The notes under the pieces: generated by a model
What the model was told of the DNA's origin: nothing
Seen by the model: only the letters and a program-made list of their open reading frames with translations
Database searches by the model: none
Source of the DNA: Chara braunii
Taxonomy: Eukaryota; Plantae; Charophyceae
Direction: 5' to 3'
Assembly: GCA_003427395.1 (NCBI GenBank)
Contig: BFEA01000032.1
Span: forward strand, 2,045,264-2,109,263
Length of the DNA: 64,000 bases
Program-made: the position numbers and the translations under genes
Part shown: positions 40,770-52,800 of the stretch, in pieces
Layout of the letters: each line of letters starts with the position of its first letter
How positions within the stretch are numbered: the stretch's first letter is position 1

Positions 40770-41024
40770 GACATCTGCCCGATCCCACTGATACACAACC
40801 ACCAAGTCAAAATCTGATAAGATTGCTTCCTTGCAATGGCAGATAGCGCATCGGGACATCTGGCCGATCCCACTGATTCACAACAACGAAGTCAAAATCT
40901 GATAAGATTGCTTCCTTGCAATGGCAGATAGCGCATCGGGACATCTGGCCGATCCCACTGATTCACAACAACCAAGTCAAAATGTGATAAGACTGCTTCC
41001 TTGCAGTGGCAGATAGCGCATCGG
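40770..41024 (+). repeat. 85-bp tandem repeat x3
   Basis: GACATCTG.CCGATCCCACTGAT.CACAAC...GCAGATAGCGCATCGG at 40770, 40855 and 40940. Confidence 0.92.
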
Positions 41025-42844
41025 TGCCTGCTAATCGACCGTATAAATTTGGAGCAGAAGGGCTTGGCTTTCCCATGGTGTAAATCATGCTAGACCGCCT
41101 TTCTTGCCCACAAAATCCGAGAAACTAAAGAGCACATTTTCTTAGGGTCTGAGGGCCATCCTCACATGGCAGTGGTGGGATAGGATCTGGAGTCAGCTAG
41201 GAACCGAGGCCACCTGCCCATGGGATTGGAGAGCCCTCCCATGTGGGGCGTGGCACTCCCTCTCGGGGAGAACAACTTCGAGGAAAGCATGATTCAGATT
41301 GGGAGAAGGGCAGTCCTCTGGGCCCCCCGGAGAAAAAAAATGGTATACCTGTCTTGGACATGTACGCATAGAGGGGGGGCAGTAATCACTGAAATGATAA
41401 AACATCAAACCCAACAAAATCTAACGGTACAATGTCTAAAGGTCGAAGTACAGCTGGATTTTGCTCAGACAAAGAATGATGTAACACGGGCGATCGAACG
41501 TTGCTCAGAGGAATGGTGGGGGAGTGAGTAGGGAAGCTGGATAGCCAACATCCACTGGGAGGGAGGTGGCCAATTGGATCACAATCAAAGGGAGTTCCGA
41601 CGGGACTATGGCATATCCTCCCTCCCTCCCTCTCTCTCTCTCTCTCTCTCTCTTGAGTCGAACGTCTAAATGAACATGGCGGGAGGCGGATGAGGACTGG
41701 ACGAAGACAGATGCAACAACACCAACTGGACGAAGATAGATGCAGCAACAGCCCTGTGACTCGATTGGAGTTCTCGGATCTATTCCTGGCCTGTGGTCTT
41801 TCGCAGGTGGACTTCCAGTGGTACGGAGGCAGCTGCCTGGGATGCCTCTGTCAATCTGGCGACCTGGGAGGCTGAAGAGGATGAGTCTGCTACATAGAAG
41901 GGGGGCTGCACCTGTAGTGCAGTCGCAAATACTCTGTTCAAGTCTGTTGTGTTCTGAAGCCGAAACCGGGTGATGGCCCTATTAGTAAATATGCATGCAT
42001 ATCTATGGGATGCCGGACCCGGTTTCCAGCAGGCGAAGCTCCCCACCAACCAACCGCAGGATGGGTGTCGCTAGAGAGGGCTGCTCACATCAAACCCCCC
42101 CCAGCATCCCGCCAGGGTTGTCACAAAAAACAAAAGAAAGAAGAAGGGCTGATGTGGGCAAAGGCTGGACTGAAAGACCCTGGAGGAAACGGCCTCGTAG
42201 ACAAAAAAAATGGTAGGCGGGAAATAGACCGGAAACGAGTTCTGCTCGGAAGAAGTATGCTTGGACAAGGAACACAAGGTGAGTAGACTAGGGACCATCA
42301 CTGCAGCAATTCTCTGAGGACGGCTTGGTGATCTCTTTGAATGATGCGACATTAGTGCTAGTCGCTGACAAAACCATACAATATGCGCCGAAGCTCGGTG
42401 GCTGATGTTGCTTTCCCTTCCCGGATCCAGGTTTTCTCCTATTCTTCGCCTTCTTCCCCCCTTTCCTTTTTTCCTGCATCTTTTCTCAGGCTAATGCTTT
42501 AAGCCCAACCATTTCAATCTCCTGTCGAATCTGGAGAGGACGGCCTTTAAGGTGCCACATCCGCGCTCAAGCCCCGTAGCAGCCACATTCGTGCTCAAGC
42601 CTCCAACGAGGGAACATGCGGGAGCTGCACTCACCAGCAGTGCAGCACCGGCCAGGGGTCAGCCGGTAGCATCAGGACCGAGCTGCTTCCATGGGCCAGT
42701 CACTGTGCCTCCCCTCTGGTCCCCATCCCCTATGAACATCAGCAGTCTCAGCTCAATGCCACTCGGGGAAACCAACGGCATATCTCTAGGTGGAGGGCGG
42801 CAAGCTTGCCGGTGGAGGACGCCAAGCTTTCCCAGGAAGGTACA

Positions 42845-42918
42845 TGAGGCCAATGGGGATTGAACCCAAGACTTCCTGAATGCCACTTGCGTGCCTTCCC
42901 AACTGAGCTAGGCCGCTG
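42845..42918 (-). mobile_element. tRNA-derived SINE-like head within a repeat duplicated at ~51400-51740
   Basis: TAGCTCAGTTGG...GTGGCATTCAGGAAGTCTTGGGTTCAATCCCCATTGGCC. Confidence 0.65.
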
Positions 42919-43649
42919 TATCTTTCTTCTCCTTTCTGTATCTTCTTTCTTTTTTTTTTCTTTTTCTTTTGTAACCCCCCTCAGAAGACCCCATCCACTC
43001 TTCCTCTTATCAATTACCCCAGCGCACGCACACCCCCTCCTTCCTTCTTTAGTGTGGGCCGCCCGACTCGGCTAGGTGACCTGACCAGACAGTGGTTGCA
43101 GGCACCTGGGCTGACCGGGGGACTCCTACTTCCTCACTCAGCCCTGGTTCAAGCGGATGCCGTGCAAGCCCTGTTGCATGGCAACTTCGGGAGTCAGGTG
43201 TGAACGTGCGACTACAGGCCTTCCTGAGGGGGTTCAGACAGGTTCGGACTCCCTGCGTCCCCCAATCGGCATTGTTGATATGACCTGGGCCGTCGGGATA
43301 CGAGTTGTAACTATAGCCTAGATATCATGGGCAGTGTCTAATGGACCCTCCCTAGCCAAGGTCTAACCTCATGACACTTCCCCTCTACATCCTCTCTAGA
43401 CGCCCAGGTTACCTACCTTGATATTCTGAACGTTATTTGATTGGGCGCCCGTCTGTTGGGATCCTAGCCTCTGTTGTCAGTGGGGGTCTACGGTCCAATC
43501 GTCCATTCCCTCACCTTGATCATGAGGTAGATCACTCTGTAGTTGTTATAGGGTTGTAAACAGCCCTTAGTCTCCGTCATTAGGTAGTAGGTAGTAGGTA
43601 GGCCACCATCCGTTCCATCACTTCCGCCATGTAGGGCCGCTGTTAGAAT

Positions 43650-43686
<37 letters not shown>

Positions 43687-44142
43687 CAAACAACCCGAGA
43701 GGGTGCTAGGGGTCCTGTTCTTGTATTAGGATGGGACGCAGACAATCCTATCTCGGAGGGCCCCCAGGTTCCCCGTCGATCTCCTCCACTGGAGCCGGTC
43801 TACTATCACCCTTCCTACTTGGATCCCTAAGACAACCCCTGCTGTAGGTTCCCCCTGGATATCCTCCAGCAGAGCTTGTCCCAACCAGCCCACCCCCAAA
43901 GCCCTAATCCTACCTGCATTCCTACTATCGGCATTGCCCATGGAATATGGTCTATCCAGCCCAAGCAGATTTCAACCTGCAACCTGAACGAGAAAGCTCC
44001 TAGCTCAAACCTACTGAGGTACTATAACACCTACTATCGCCATTGCCCATGGAATATGGTCTGTGTATGCGCTGTTCTAGACTGGAGGACAAGTATGCGG
44101 CGGGGTGGCAAACTAGCACCAACCAATCGTGTGCAGGGGAGA

Positions 44143-44362
44143 CTGAGGGCTGACAAAATCGAACCTGCAACCTCCCCATTGCAACACTGGAGCGCTACCC
44201 ACTGAGCTACCGCATACTTTCTTACCGACTGGCTGTCTCGAAGGGAAGATGCCAAGCATGCCACAGGCACAACTCACGACCTCCTGAGTGCCAAGCATGC
44301 CACAGGCACAACTCACGACCTCCTGAGTGCCGCTTGAGCACCTTACCAACTGAGCTACGTCC
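44143..44362 (-). mobile_element. Two adjacent degenerate tRNA-Ala-like heads (44143-44213 with TGC; 44300-44362 with GGC)
   Basis: GTAGCTCAGTGGGTAGCGCT...TTGCAAT...GCAGGTTCGAT and GTAGCTCAGTTGGTAAGG...CGGCACTCAGGAGGTCGTGAGTT; stems do not pair well. Confidence 0.5.
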
Positions 44363-45070
44363 AGTTGGTTCTCCCATCTGCATGTCTTTCTTCCCGGTCA
44401 CCATCTTCCTTCTGACACATCCACAACTCTTGATCTTTGTTTCTCGCCTCGATCTGCTCTGATCTGAAAGAGGTTCTCTATGATTACGTCAGCTGCTTGA
44501 AGTGTAGGAAACATGTTCTCGATGGTGACGTTCATCTGGGTGAGGTATGTGTATTCGGAATTTCCCGAAGGGGCGTATGGGATGTAGGCAGAAGAGGGCT
44601 AATATTTATTCTGTTTCTTCGCTGCGTGATGAAGTGTCGAAATCATCCCCTGATGATAGCCTCCAGGCGATGAGGCGGAAATGACGGGAAGTTACTGTCA
44701 TTTTTATAACTAGTACCGTCTTCTCTTGAATAGAACGGCCGGTCATTGTAGCTGTATTTGGGCCAAGTTGCGTCCAGATACGGTGATAAAGATGTTCTAT
44801 TCGGGTGAAGATGGTAAGTGCTTCGGCTTTTGGTGCGCTACGTCACGCATCTTGTTCTCCTATCTTCTGTCCTCCCAACCTTTTTTTTTTTTTTTTTTCA
44901 GCATGTGCTGGGAACCGGACCCAGCGTCCCATATGGATATTTACATCGAATTTTGAAAGTTTGAAATACCGGGGGTAGCTTTGGCTAAGAAAAAATTTGT
45001 ACTTAAAGAATTACTACGACGAAATTCAGAAACAGGCAAAATTCAGAAAATGAATCAGAAATCCCCCATC

Positions 45071-45400
45071 AATCCTCTTTACCTCACTCCGGCAAGACTT
45101 ACTGCAGCAAAGCCACCATCTCTGCTGCTGCTGTACACTATTTGCATCCTTCGAGCTAGCCCCCTCACTAGTGGGACGCTTGATATCCCACCATCTATTT
45201 CTCCCACTCACCTCTTTTTCGAAAAACAAAAACATATGCACAATTCAGAGAAAGACTCAGACACCCCAACCACTCCCCTGTACCCCACTCCGGCAAGACT
45301 TACTGCAACAGAGCCACCATCTCCGCTGCTGCTGTACCCTATTCCCATCCTACCTAGCTAGCCATCTCACTAGTAGGACGCGTGATATCCCACCATGTCC
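45071..45400 (+). repeat. ~130-bp dispersed repeat (copies ~45071, ~45275, ~46420, ~56473)
   Basis: CACTCCGGCAAGACTTACTGCAGCAGAGCCACCATCTCCGCTGCTGCTGTACCCTA consensus. Confidence 0.8.
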
Positions 45401-47862
45401 TCCCCCCTCGACCTCTGCTTTTGAGATACCGGGGCCATGTCTGAGAACACTTGCAGTAATTCGGGAACATGGAAATAGACTGCAGAGGTCCTAAAAATGC
45501 TCCAAAACCCTTGAAATCCCTAACAAACCCTTCCAAAGTTCTCCAAAACTGCCTTACTCCCTGCCGAGCTCTTCCAGGCCGCACACCCCCAAATCCTGCT
45601 GGGTTACAGGGCAACACAACTCACCCCAGCTCCGACCAGCGTCGTCCCGGCAGCAACCCTTGGTTATCCCGTGGAATGCCCACCCCAAAGCATCCCCAGA
45701 TCTCTCTACCAGGCCTGACGCTCCTGCAGCAGCAGGTTACAGGGCAACACCCCAGCGCCAGCCAGTGTCGTTCTGGCATCGAACAGCCGCAGATCACTGA
45801 GTATAACAGCATCGAAGCCACCTAAGACGAGTTGATAGGAGTCAACAGAGTCCTAAAACATTGTTAGGGCCACCATACGACCAATTTACTTGTGAAGAAA
45901 CCAGAAACCAACTTCAGATTATCCGAGGCTTTCAGACCAGAAACTACCTGCCCCGGTGCCTTCCAGGCTTTCAGCAGCTCAACCTTATCCACCTCCTCCC
46001 TAAAATCCCATACTTAATCTCTACCAGGCCTCGTACCCCCAACTGCTAGGTTACAGGGTGGCGCGACCCACCCCAGAACCCCCCCACCTGCTAGGCTACA
46101 GGGCAGAGCGACCCGCCCGGACTCCCGCCAACATTGACTAAGTACCAGCCCACCAACAGACACTAGAGCGCCTTCCACCCTCGATGACTCCCCAGATCTG
46201 TCTACCAGGTCTCATGCCCCCGTAAAGCTCGAGTTACAGGGCAGCGCTACCAAGCCCCAGCACCAACCATCGTCGTTCTGGCATCGTCCATTCGCAGACC
46301 ACTGGGACAAACGGACATCAGCAGATAAAAGACAAGCCACCAATCCTCACCATAGTTGTGGTTCCCGTCATCCAACTCCTCCAGGCACTGGTTGCAATCG
46401 GCCAATAAAATTCATCCCACCCTTACTCCGACAAGACTTACTGCGGTCGAGCCACCATCTCCACTGCTGTTGTACCCTATTCCCGCCCTACAGGATAGCC
46501 CCTTCGCCCCAGAGCGCATTATCTCCAACCATCACCGCTAAAACAACCCACTACAACCAGCATAGACTCAGATACACGTTGTTTTGAATTCTAAAATAGA
46601 AGCCGAAATTATAACGTAAAGATCGAAGGTAGGAATTGTAGAAGAATTTTTAGAAACTTAGGATTCGAATTTCATCACTCTTAGCACAGACATTAAGAAG
46701 AAGGTTATACGAAATAGGGAATTATAGGAGATTAGAATTCCAGATTTCACCAAGTAGAAACCTAGGGATCTTAGAACGACGTTGTAAGAAGATATGTAAG
46801 TTACAACTTTCGAATTCTCAGAAATCATGAATTTATTTAGGGTATGTAATTAAGATATCGAAATTGAATTTGTTTGCGACATGTAAGAACGACATCAACT
46901 AAAGTCCATCGTAATGAATTCACAAGACCTAACAGTCTGTACGAAAAGATGGGTGATAAGCGACAAATTAATATCACACTTCAAATCAACTTACTAGAAG
47001 ACCTAAATTAAGCCATTCCATCAGAGATCAAATTTTTACCTCAGGCAGTCTGAAAACGAAATTTAGAATCAGTGAATCAGCCATAGAATCTACTAGGACA
47101 CCCCGAGACAATGATTAATCAATACAAAAGTACCGACGAACAATTTGAAAGTGGCTACCTCCCACGTTGCCGTCACTATGAGAACTCGTGTCAAACCCTA
47201 TCTGCCGCCCACCTCACAGTCCATCACGGCATCGCGGTGCCGTACCCAAATTTCTCCGCCATCCTCGTTTTAATCCTGTTGCTCCCGTGATCGCCTCATG
47301 CCACCGCACTTCCTTCGCCCAAACACACCCCTAAGCGTCTTCGTGAGAGGAAAGAAAACCTCCCCTCTCCCTGTTAACCACAACTTCACCGCAAGTGAAA
47401 CTCTCCCGTTAGCTTACGAAGCACAAAACAGGCACCTCCCACTTCCACATTTGAAGCCAGAGATGTCATAGCACAAACCCGCCGAGCCTCGTCGCAAAGC
47501 AATCCCAGTGTAGAGGAGGAGAGCCATTCGTCCGTCGTCCTAACCATATCAGAACTCGATGACGCGGCAAAAACTCCCCGACCCGTTGTCTTGCAAACCA
47601 ACTATCTACGAGTGGAAGTCCCACCGCCCCCTCACAGCTTGCTCTTGCCTTTCCAGGCGATGGCCACCAACGCGCTTTCCTATTCTCCGCAAGACCCACG
47701 CCGCATCACCATCACAACCCCGCAACCAACCGTCAGGTCAGGCGGCCAATAAGACACTAACCCCACCCCCGCGTCCGGGGGGACGCGTGGATGAGCGCAT
47801 ACATAAATAAAATAAGGTGCTTGTTTTGTTGTGGCGGCTGCGTTGACTCTTTTGGGTGAGTT

Positions 47863-47907
47863 GCATTCTTAGCTCAGCTGGATAGAGCAACAACCTAGTT
47901 GAAGGTC
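47863..47907 (+). pseudogene. trnR: Mitochondrial tRNA-Arg(UCU) 5' fragment lacking the anticodon
   Basis: GCATTCTTAGCTCAGCTGGATAGAGCAACAACCT^AGTTGAAGGTC matches the plant mitochondrial trnR-UCU pattern as I recall it, with TCTA missing. Confidence 0.7.
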
Positions 47908-47941
47908 AAATTTTCCAACTCTGGCGAGCCACACGCGAATG

Positions 47942-47995
47942 CTTTTTCAACAGACAAGCATCGACAAATGGACCTTTCCATATAGATCGTGATAT
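47942..47995 (-). pseudogene. rps19: Mitochondrial rps19 N-terminal fragment (preceded by a possible rpl2 C-terminus TVVRKQKN*)
   Basis: SRSIWKGPFVDACLLKK. Confidence 0.75.
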
Positions 47996-48076
47996 AACTT
48001 AATTCTTTTGTTTTCTTACTACAGTTTCTATGGAATCAACTATCACGATCGTCAATCAAAAAAAAAGATTTGAAAT

Positions 48077-48480
48077 ATGTATTTACTTATTGTAGTCTTA
48101 CCTCTACTCGGTAGTTTAGTAGCAGGCGTGTTTGGTCGCTTTCTTGGTTCACGAGGGGCTGCCTTGGTAACAACCACTTGTGTTTCAATTTCTTCAGGTC
48201 TGTGTTTCATAGCTTTTTATGAGGTTGCACTGGGAGCCAGTGCTTGTTATATCAAATTCGCACCATGGATTTTGTCAGAAATGTTTGATGCTTCTTGGGG
48301 TTTTCTGTTTGATACTGTGACTGTGGTTATGTTAATTGTGGTCACTTTTGTCAGTAGTTTAGTTCATATTTATTCAATCTCATATATGTCTGAGGATCCT
48401 TTTTTGCCTCGATTTATGTGCTATTTATCTATTTTTACTTTTTTTATGCTCATGTTAGTTACCGGGGATAACTTGATTCA
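48077..48480 (+). pseudogene. nad5: Mitochondrial nad5 5' fragment (~135 codons)
   Basis: [13 protein letters not shown]...[12 protein letters not shown]...SWGFLFD...[28 protein letters not shown]. Confidence 0.95.
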
Positions 48481-48612
48481 AAACACAAGTAAACCTGAAG
48501 TATTACAAAATACTAAAATGAGAAATAAAACGGAATGAACTGGGTTTCTAGCACGTATAACCATAACGCCAGAAACTAAAGCGATGCTTGAAAAAATAGA
48601 AAAAAGTATCAT
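48481..48612 (-). pseudogene. nad6: Mitochondrial nad6 5' fragment
   Basis: [44 protein letters not shown]. Confidence 0.9.
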
Positions 48613-48643
48613 TGTAGTGATTAATCTTTCTCTAGCTAGCGAG

Positions 48644-48718
48644 CACTTGTGTTTCAATTTCTTCAGGTTTGTGTTTCATAGCTTTTTATGAGGTTGCACT
48701 GGGAGCCAGTGCTTGTTA
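48644..48718 (+). pseudogene. nad5: Second copy of an internal nad5 segment (duplicates 48175-48249)
   Basis: 75 bp, one mismatch. Confidence 0.9.
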
Positions 48719-48765
48719 AGGCGTTCCCGAATTTTCTTGGTAGAGGCAACTTCGTTGCACTTAGG

Positions 48766-48873
48766 AAGTACCTATGGTACCAGTTCATATTTGGTTACCT
48801 GAAGCTCATGTAGAAGCACCCACCGCTGGATCTGTTATCTTAGCGGGAATTCTCTTAAAATTGGGAACTTATG
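48766..48873 (+). pseudogene. nad4: Mitochondrial nad4 internal fragment
   Basis: [35 protein letters not shown]. Confidence 0.95.
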
Positions 48874-48874
48874 C

Positions 48875-49148
48875 TGCACGAACCCAAATATATAAAAACA
48901 GAAAGCCTTCGGCCTTTTTCGCGTCTGCTCTTCGAGCCGTAAGGTTGCCACCGCATACTTCGAAAGATGTTGTGGCCAAGGAAAGGTACTCCTTTCGACA
49001 CATGGGTAATATGGGTTTTGTCCATACTCAGTGTTAATTGGAGTTTGTCTCTAAGGAACGATTCCAATTCAGATCTCAGTTTCACTGCTTCTGATCGTGG
49101 ACCAGAGATTGCTACTAGAAAATCATCTGCGAAGCGGATGTAATGCAT
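48875..49148 (-). pseudogene. Group II intron reverse transcriptase/maturase fragment (RT domains 5-7)
   Basis: [14 protein letters not shown]...[20 protein letters not shown]. Confidence 0.9.
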
Positions 49149-49157
49149 CCTTCGGTT

Positions 49158-49320
49158 TTTGGCTCTTATCTTTCTGTTGTAGGAATTTTAGTTTTTTTTG
49201 TGGTTGTTTATCTCACTTTAACCAGTGAAGTGCGCGCTCTGCAAGCGCCTTGGGCAGTTGAGCCAAATTCAACTACACTTGAATGGATGGTACAAAGTCC
49301 TCCAGCTTTTCATACCTTTG
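49158..49320 (+). pseudogene. cox1: Mitochondrial cox1 C-terminal fragment
   Basis: [10 protein letters not shown]...[24 protein letters not shown]. Confidence 0.92.
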
Positions 49321-49794
49321 ACCCTCCAGGCGGCGGAGTGCTCCCGGTAGCGCTCCGCCGCCACGCGTGGGCGGTTCCTTGACGGTCGTCCTCCCAACCT
49401 TCTTGACTCCCTCGTTCCACACTTCTCATATTTGACTCTCACGTGCGCTGTCATGATGAATGCCATCCTTTAGGAGTGTTTCTATAGACTCTATAGTACT
49501 AGTCTATACTCTCAGTGCTGTCTCATGTTGAAGCTGTCCTCCAACATCATATCTTGCCGGCCACAAGCAGTGCGAGATAACGATGTTTGCTCCTCTTTGT
49601 CTTTATTCTGACCCTGTTGCAAGTAGACAGCCAGGCAGGTAACAACCAACCAGCAAGGCAGGGATGAGGCAATAAGGCATCAGACAACAACCAACAGCAC
49701 AACACATAGGCTGGAGGGCAGGTGGGAAGCAGGTTGGCAGCCAAACGACAAGGCAAGCAGCAGGACAACTATATATAACTCTGGCGAGCCTCAA

Positions 49795-49845
49795 GTTATA
49801 TCGCCTTTACTGGCCAATATTGCTTTGCACGGAATGGAGAACGCT
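49795..49845 (+). pseudogene. Group II intron RT domain 4 micro-fragment
   Basis: VISPLLANIALHGMENA. Confidence 0.8.
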
Positions 49846-52800
49846 TGGCCACGATGAGCAGCAAGCCACAAGGCAGCAAAAGCGACAAAACAGCAAGGCA
49901 ACGCGGCAACAAGGCAGCAGGGGAACGAAGCTAAAAAAATGAGGAAATAAAGCAGGAAGGGCATAAGGCAATGCGGGGCAAAGCAGATGGGCAGCGAAGA
50001 AGCGAGGCAGTACGCAGGGCAAGCGAGAGGGCAGCCAAGTAGTGGTGTAACACCGTCAAGGCGAACGGAAGGACAGTGAGACAGCTAGCATCAGCTATAA
50101 TGCAGTCCGCTGGTAAAGCACAGACCAAAGCAGAACATTCCCTACTGACACCACAAGTAGCACTGTACAGAACCCAACAGAGAGAGAAAAGAAAAAGCAC
50201 TTGGAATGAAAAGAAGAAAGGAAATGAAGAGAAATTATGCGTAGGTCAGACGTTGCATCGTATAATGGGCTCTCGATAAAAAAACTGTATCAAGTAATAA
50301 GCTCTCGATCAAAAACAAACTGGGATAAAATAAAACCTTGTCCTGGTTGAACCAGGTTATTTTGATACCAAGCAAAATTGTCTTTAACATTGTTGCGGGC
50401 TTGTTGCTTTTCGTAACTTTCAAAGTTTAGATTTCATGTTTTCCTTTTAATCTGCTGGCAGTACTGCTGAGTGTGATATGAGCACACCCCAGTAGACCCC
50501 ACAGATGAATCTTTTGACGAAATGAAATCCTAAAATGGAAAGCAGAAAAAAAGGAAGAGAAGTTATGCATAAATATGGCTGTGGGTGTGNNNNNNNNNNN
50601 NNNNNNNNNNNNNNNNNNNNNNNNNNNNNNNNNNNNNNNNNNNNNNNNNNNNNNNNNNNNNNNNNNNNNNNNNNNNNNNNNNNNNNNNNNNNNNNNNNNN
50701 NNNNNNNNNNNNNNNNNNNNNNNNNNNNNNNNNNNNNNNNNNNNNNNNNNNNNNNNNNNNNNNNNNNNNNNNNNNNNNNNNNNNNNNNNNNNNNNNNNNN
50801 NNNNNNNNNNNNNNNNNNNNNNNNNNNNNNNNNNNNNNNNNNNNNNNNNNNNNNNNNNNNNNNNNNNNNNNNNNNNNNNNNNNNNNNNNNNNNNNNNNNN
50901 NNNNNNNNNNNNNNNNNNNNNNNNNNNNNNNNNNNNNNNNNNNNNNNNNNNNNNNNNNNNNNNNNNNNNNNNNNNNNNNNNNNNNNNNNNNNNNNNNNNN
51001 NNNNNNNNNNNNNNNNNNNNNNNNNNNNNNNNNNNNNNNNNNNNNNNNNNNNNNNNNNNNNNNNNNNNNNNNNNNNNNNNNNNNNNNNNNNNNNNNNNNN
51101 NNNNNNNNNNNNNNNNNNNNNNNNNNNNNNNNNNNNNNNNNNNNNNNNNNNNNNNNNNNNNNNNNNNNNNNNNNNNNNNNNNNNNNNNNNNNNNNNNNNN
51201 NNNNNNNNNNNNNNNNNNNNNNNNNNNNNNNNNNNNNNNNNNNNNNNNNNNNNNNNNNNNNNNNNNNNNNNNNNNNNNNNNNNNNNNNNNNNNNNNNNNN
51301 NNNNNNNNNNNNNNNNNNNNNNNNNNNNNNNNNNNNNNNNNNNNNNNNNNNNNNNNNNNNNNGCCTTTCAGGCCTTTTTTTATTGTCATTATAGTATTAC
51401 GGAGAACCCCGTAGCAGCCACATCCGTGCGGAAGCGTCCAATGAGGGAACATGCTGGAGCTGCACCCACCAGCAGGTCCGATACCTTCTACAGCAGGTGG
51501 GCGATACCGGTCATGGGTCAGCCGGTAGCATCGGGACCGAGCTTCTTCGATGGGCTAGTCACTCTGCCTCCCCTCCTGTCCCCTCCGCCTATGAGCATCA
51601 GCAGTCCCTGCTCAATGCCACTCGGGGGGACCAACAGCATATCTCTAGGTGGCTAGCACCAAGCTTGCGCACACGAGGCCAATGGGGATTGAAGCCAAGA
51701 CCTCATGAATGCCACTTGTATGCGCTTGTTTTTAAGGCAAGCTCTATTTATCTTTCGCTTACAGGGGGACGAAAAAATGGCATTTCTCACTGAGGCAGGC
51801 ACAGGGAGGCACAAGGACTCTGGGGCTCTGGAACTCTGGCTGTCAACAAAATTGGACCCTCTTAGACCACCAGTTCTTCCGAGGCAGTTTTCTCCAGGGC
51901 CGGAAATGCCCTGCACGCCCCAAAAAACACGAACCCGCGCAGGCCTCCTTTTGGCTGGTGCCGCCAGCCATTTTGCTCCGGCGACCAAGCCCCAAAAGTT
52001 GCCAAGCCGCAACTTTGGGAAAATGGATGGGAAACGTACTGGTGGTTTAAGGAATGCAAGAATATCTACAAGGAAATTAAACATTGCAGCAAAGACTGGG
52101 GGGGGGGGGGGGGGGGGGGGGTGTAAAACAGGGGGAAGGATAGCAACAGTGGAATGGGAGGGAGGAAAAGGACTCTGTTCAGTGAGACTACCATGTGACC
52201 TTCCATGACTGGATGAAAATGGAGCCATCAATACCATGACTCCCACCGTTGGATTTTCCAGGCTCATGACTTTTCACTGGTAGAGCAGCAGTGGTTTGGA
52301 GGGGATTGACCGCCCCCCGGCAGGCGAGTGACTGGCAAGCCTGCGGCCAAGGACACTACTTCCCAACAGGGGGCTCACCATATGGGCTGAAGAGGCAGCC
52401 GACTCGACTTCTCACAGGCACTAGCAGTTAATCCCCTGTTATACACAGGGCAACCGACTCGGAGGCTGCAGTGGCGATGCAGTGACAGTGTGACAGGATC
52501 GCTCTTAGATGTTAAACCACCGGCGGTACATTTCCGAAGATATATTAAGACCGGCGCGCATGCTGCCACCGCGCTTGGGAAGTACTCCGGTAGGGCGCCG
52601 TTTCGCAGCTCATCCATCCAGGCATAACGGGTCACATGCAAGATGCCCATTTTGCCTGAATGAATGTCCAGTGCAATGGTGCGCTGGTACTTCCTGAGAG
52701 TCACGGCAGCATGCATCCCGCGACTTCGATTTTATAGCTGGGAATCGTACTGGTGTGTACTATCGGGGGATGCATGCTTGTATCACCCTCAACTGTAACA

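Larger units (their letters stand above)
38500..41600 (+). mobile_element. Highly decayed L1-clade LINE ORF2 remnant
   Basis: WILKPALEKIALWNDKRTSLIRRLLVTNNVVLATTL (~39558-39666) resembles the post-RT region of the LINE at 62035-62304; boundaries approximate. Confidence 0.5.
47800..50430. other. Mosaic NUMT (nuclear copy of scrambled mitochondrial fragments)
   Basis: Abutting pieces of trnR, rps19, nad5, nad6, nad4, cox1 and group II intron RT in both orientations; outer boundaries approximate. Confidence 0.9.

Noticed and set aside
44143-44213. Functional tRNA-Ala(UGC)
   Set aside because: Acceptor, anticodon and T stems pair poorly; treated as a SINE head or pseudogene.
48077-48538. Functional nuclear-transferred nad5 (153-aa ORF)
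   Set aside because: Only the first ~135 codons are present, fused to antisense nad6; no targeting peptide is evident.
48875-49148. Intact group II intron or retron
   Set aside because: Only short RT fragments; no intron boundaries or domain V recognised.
50427-51656. ORFs spanning N runs (also 56149-56653 and 58772-59302)
   Set aside because: Assembly-gap artefacts.
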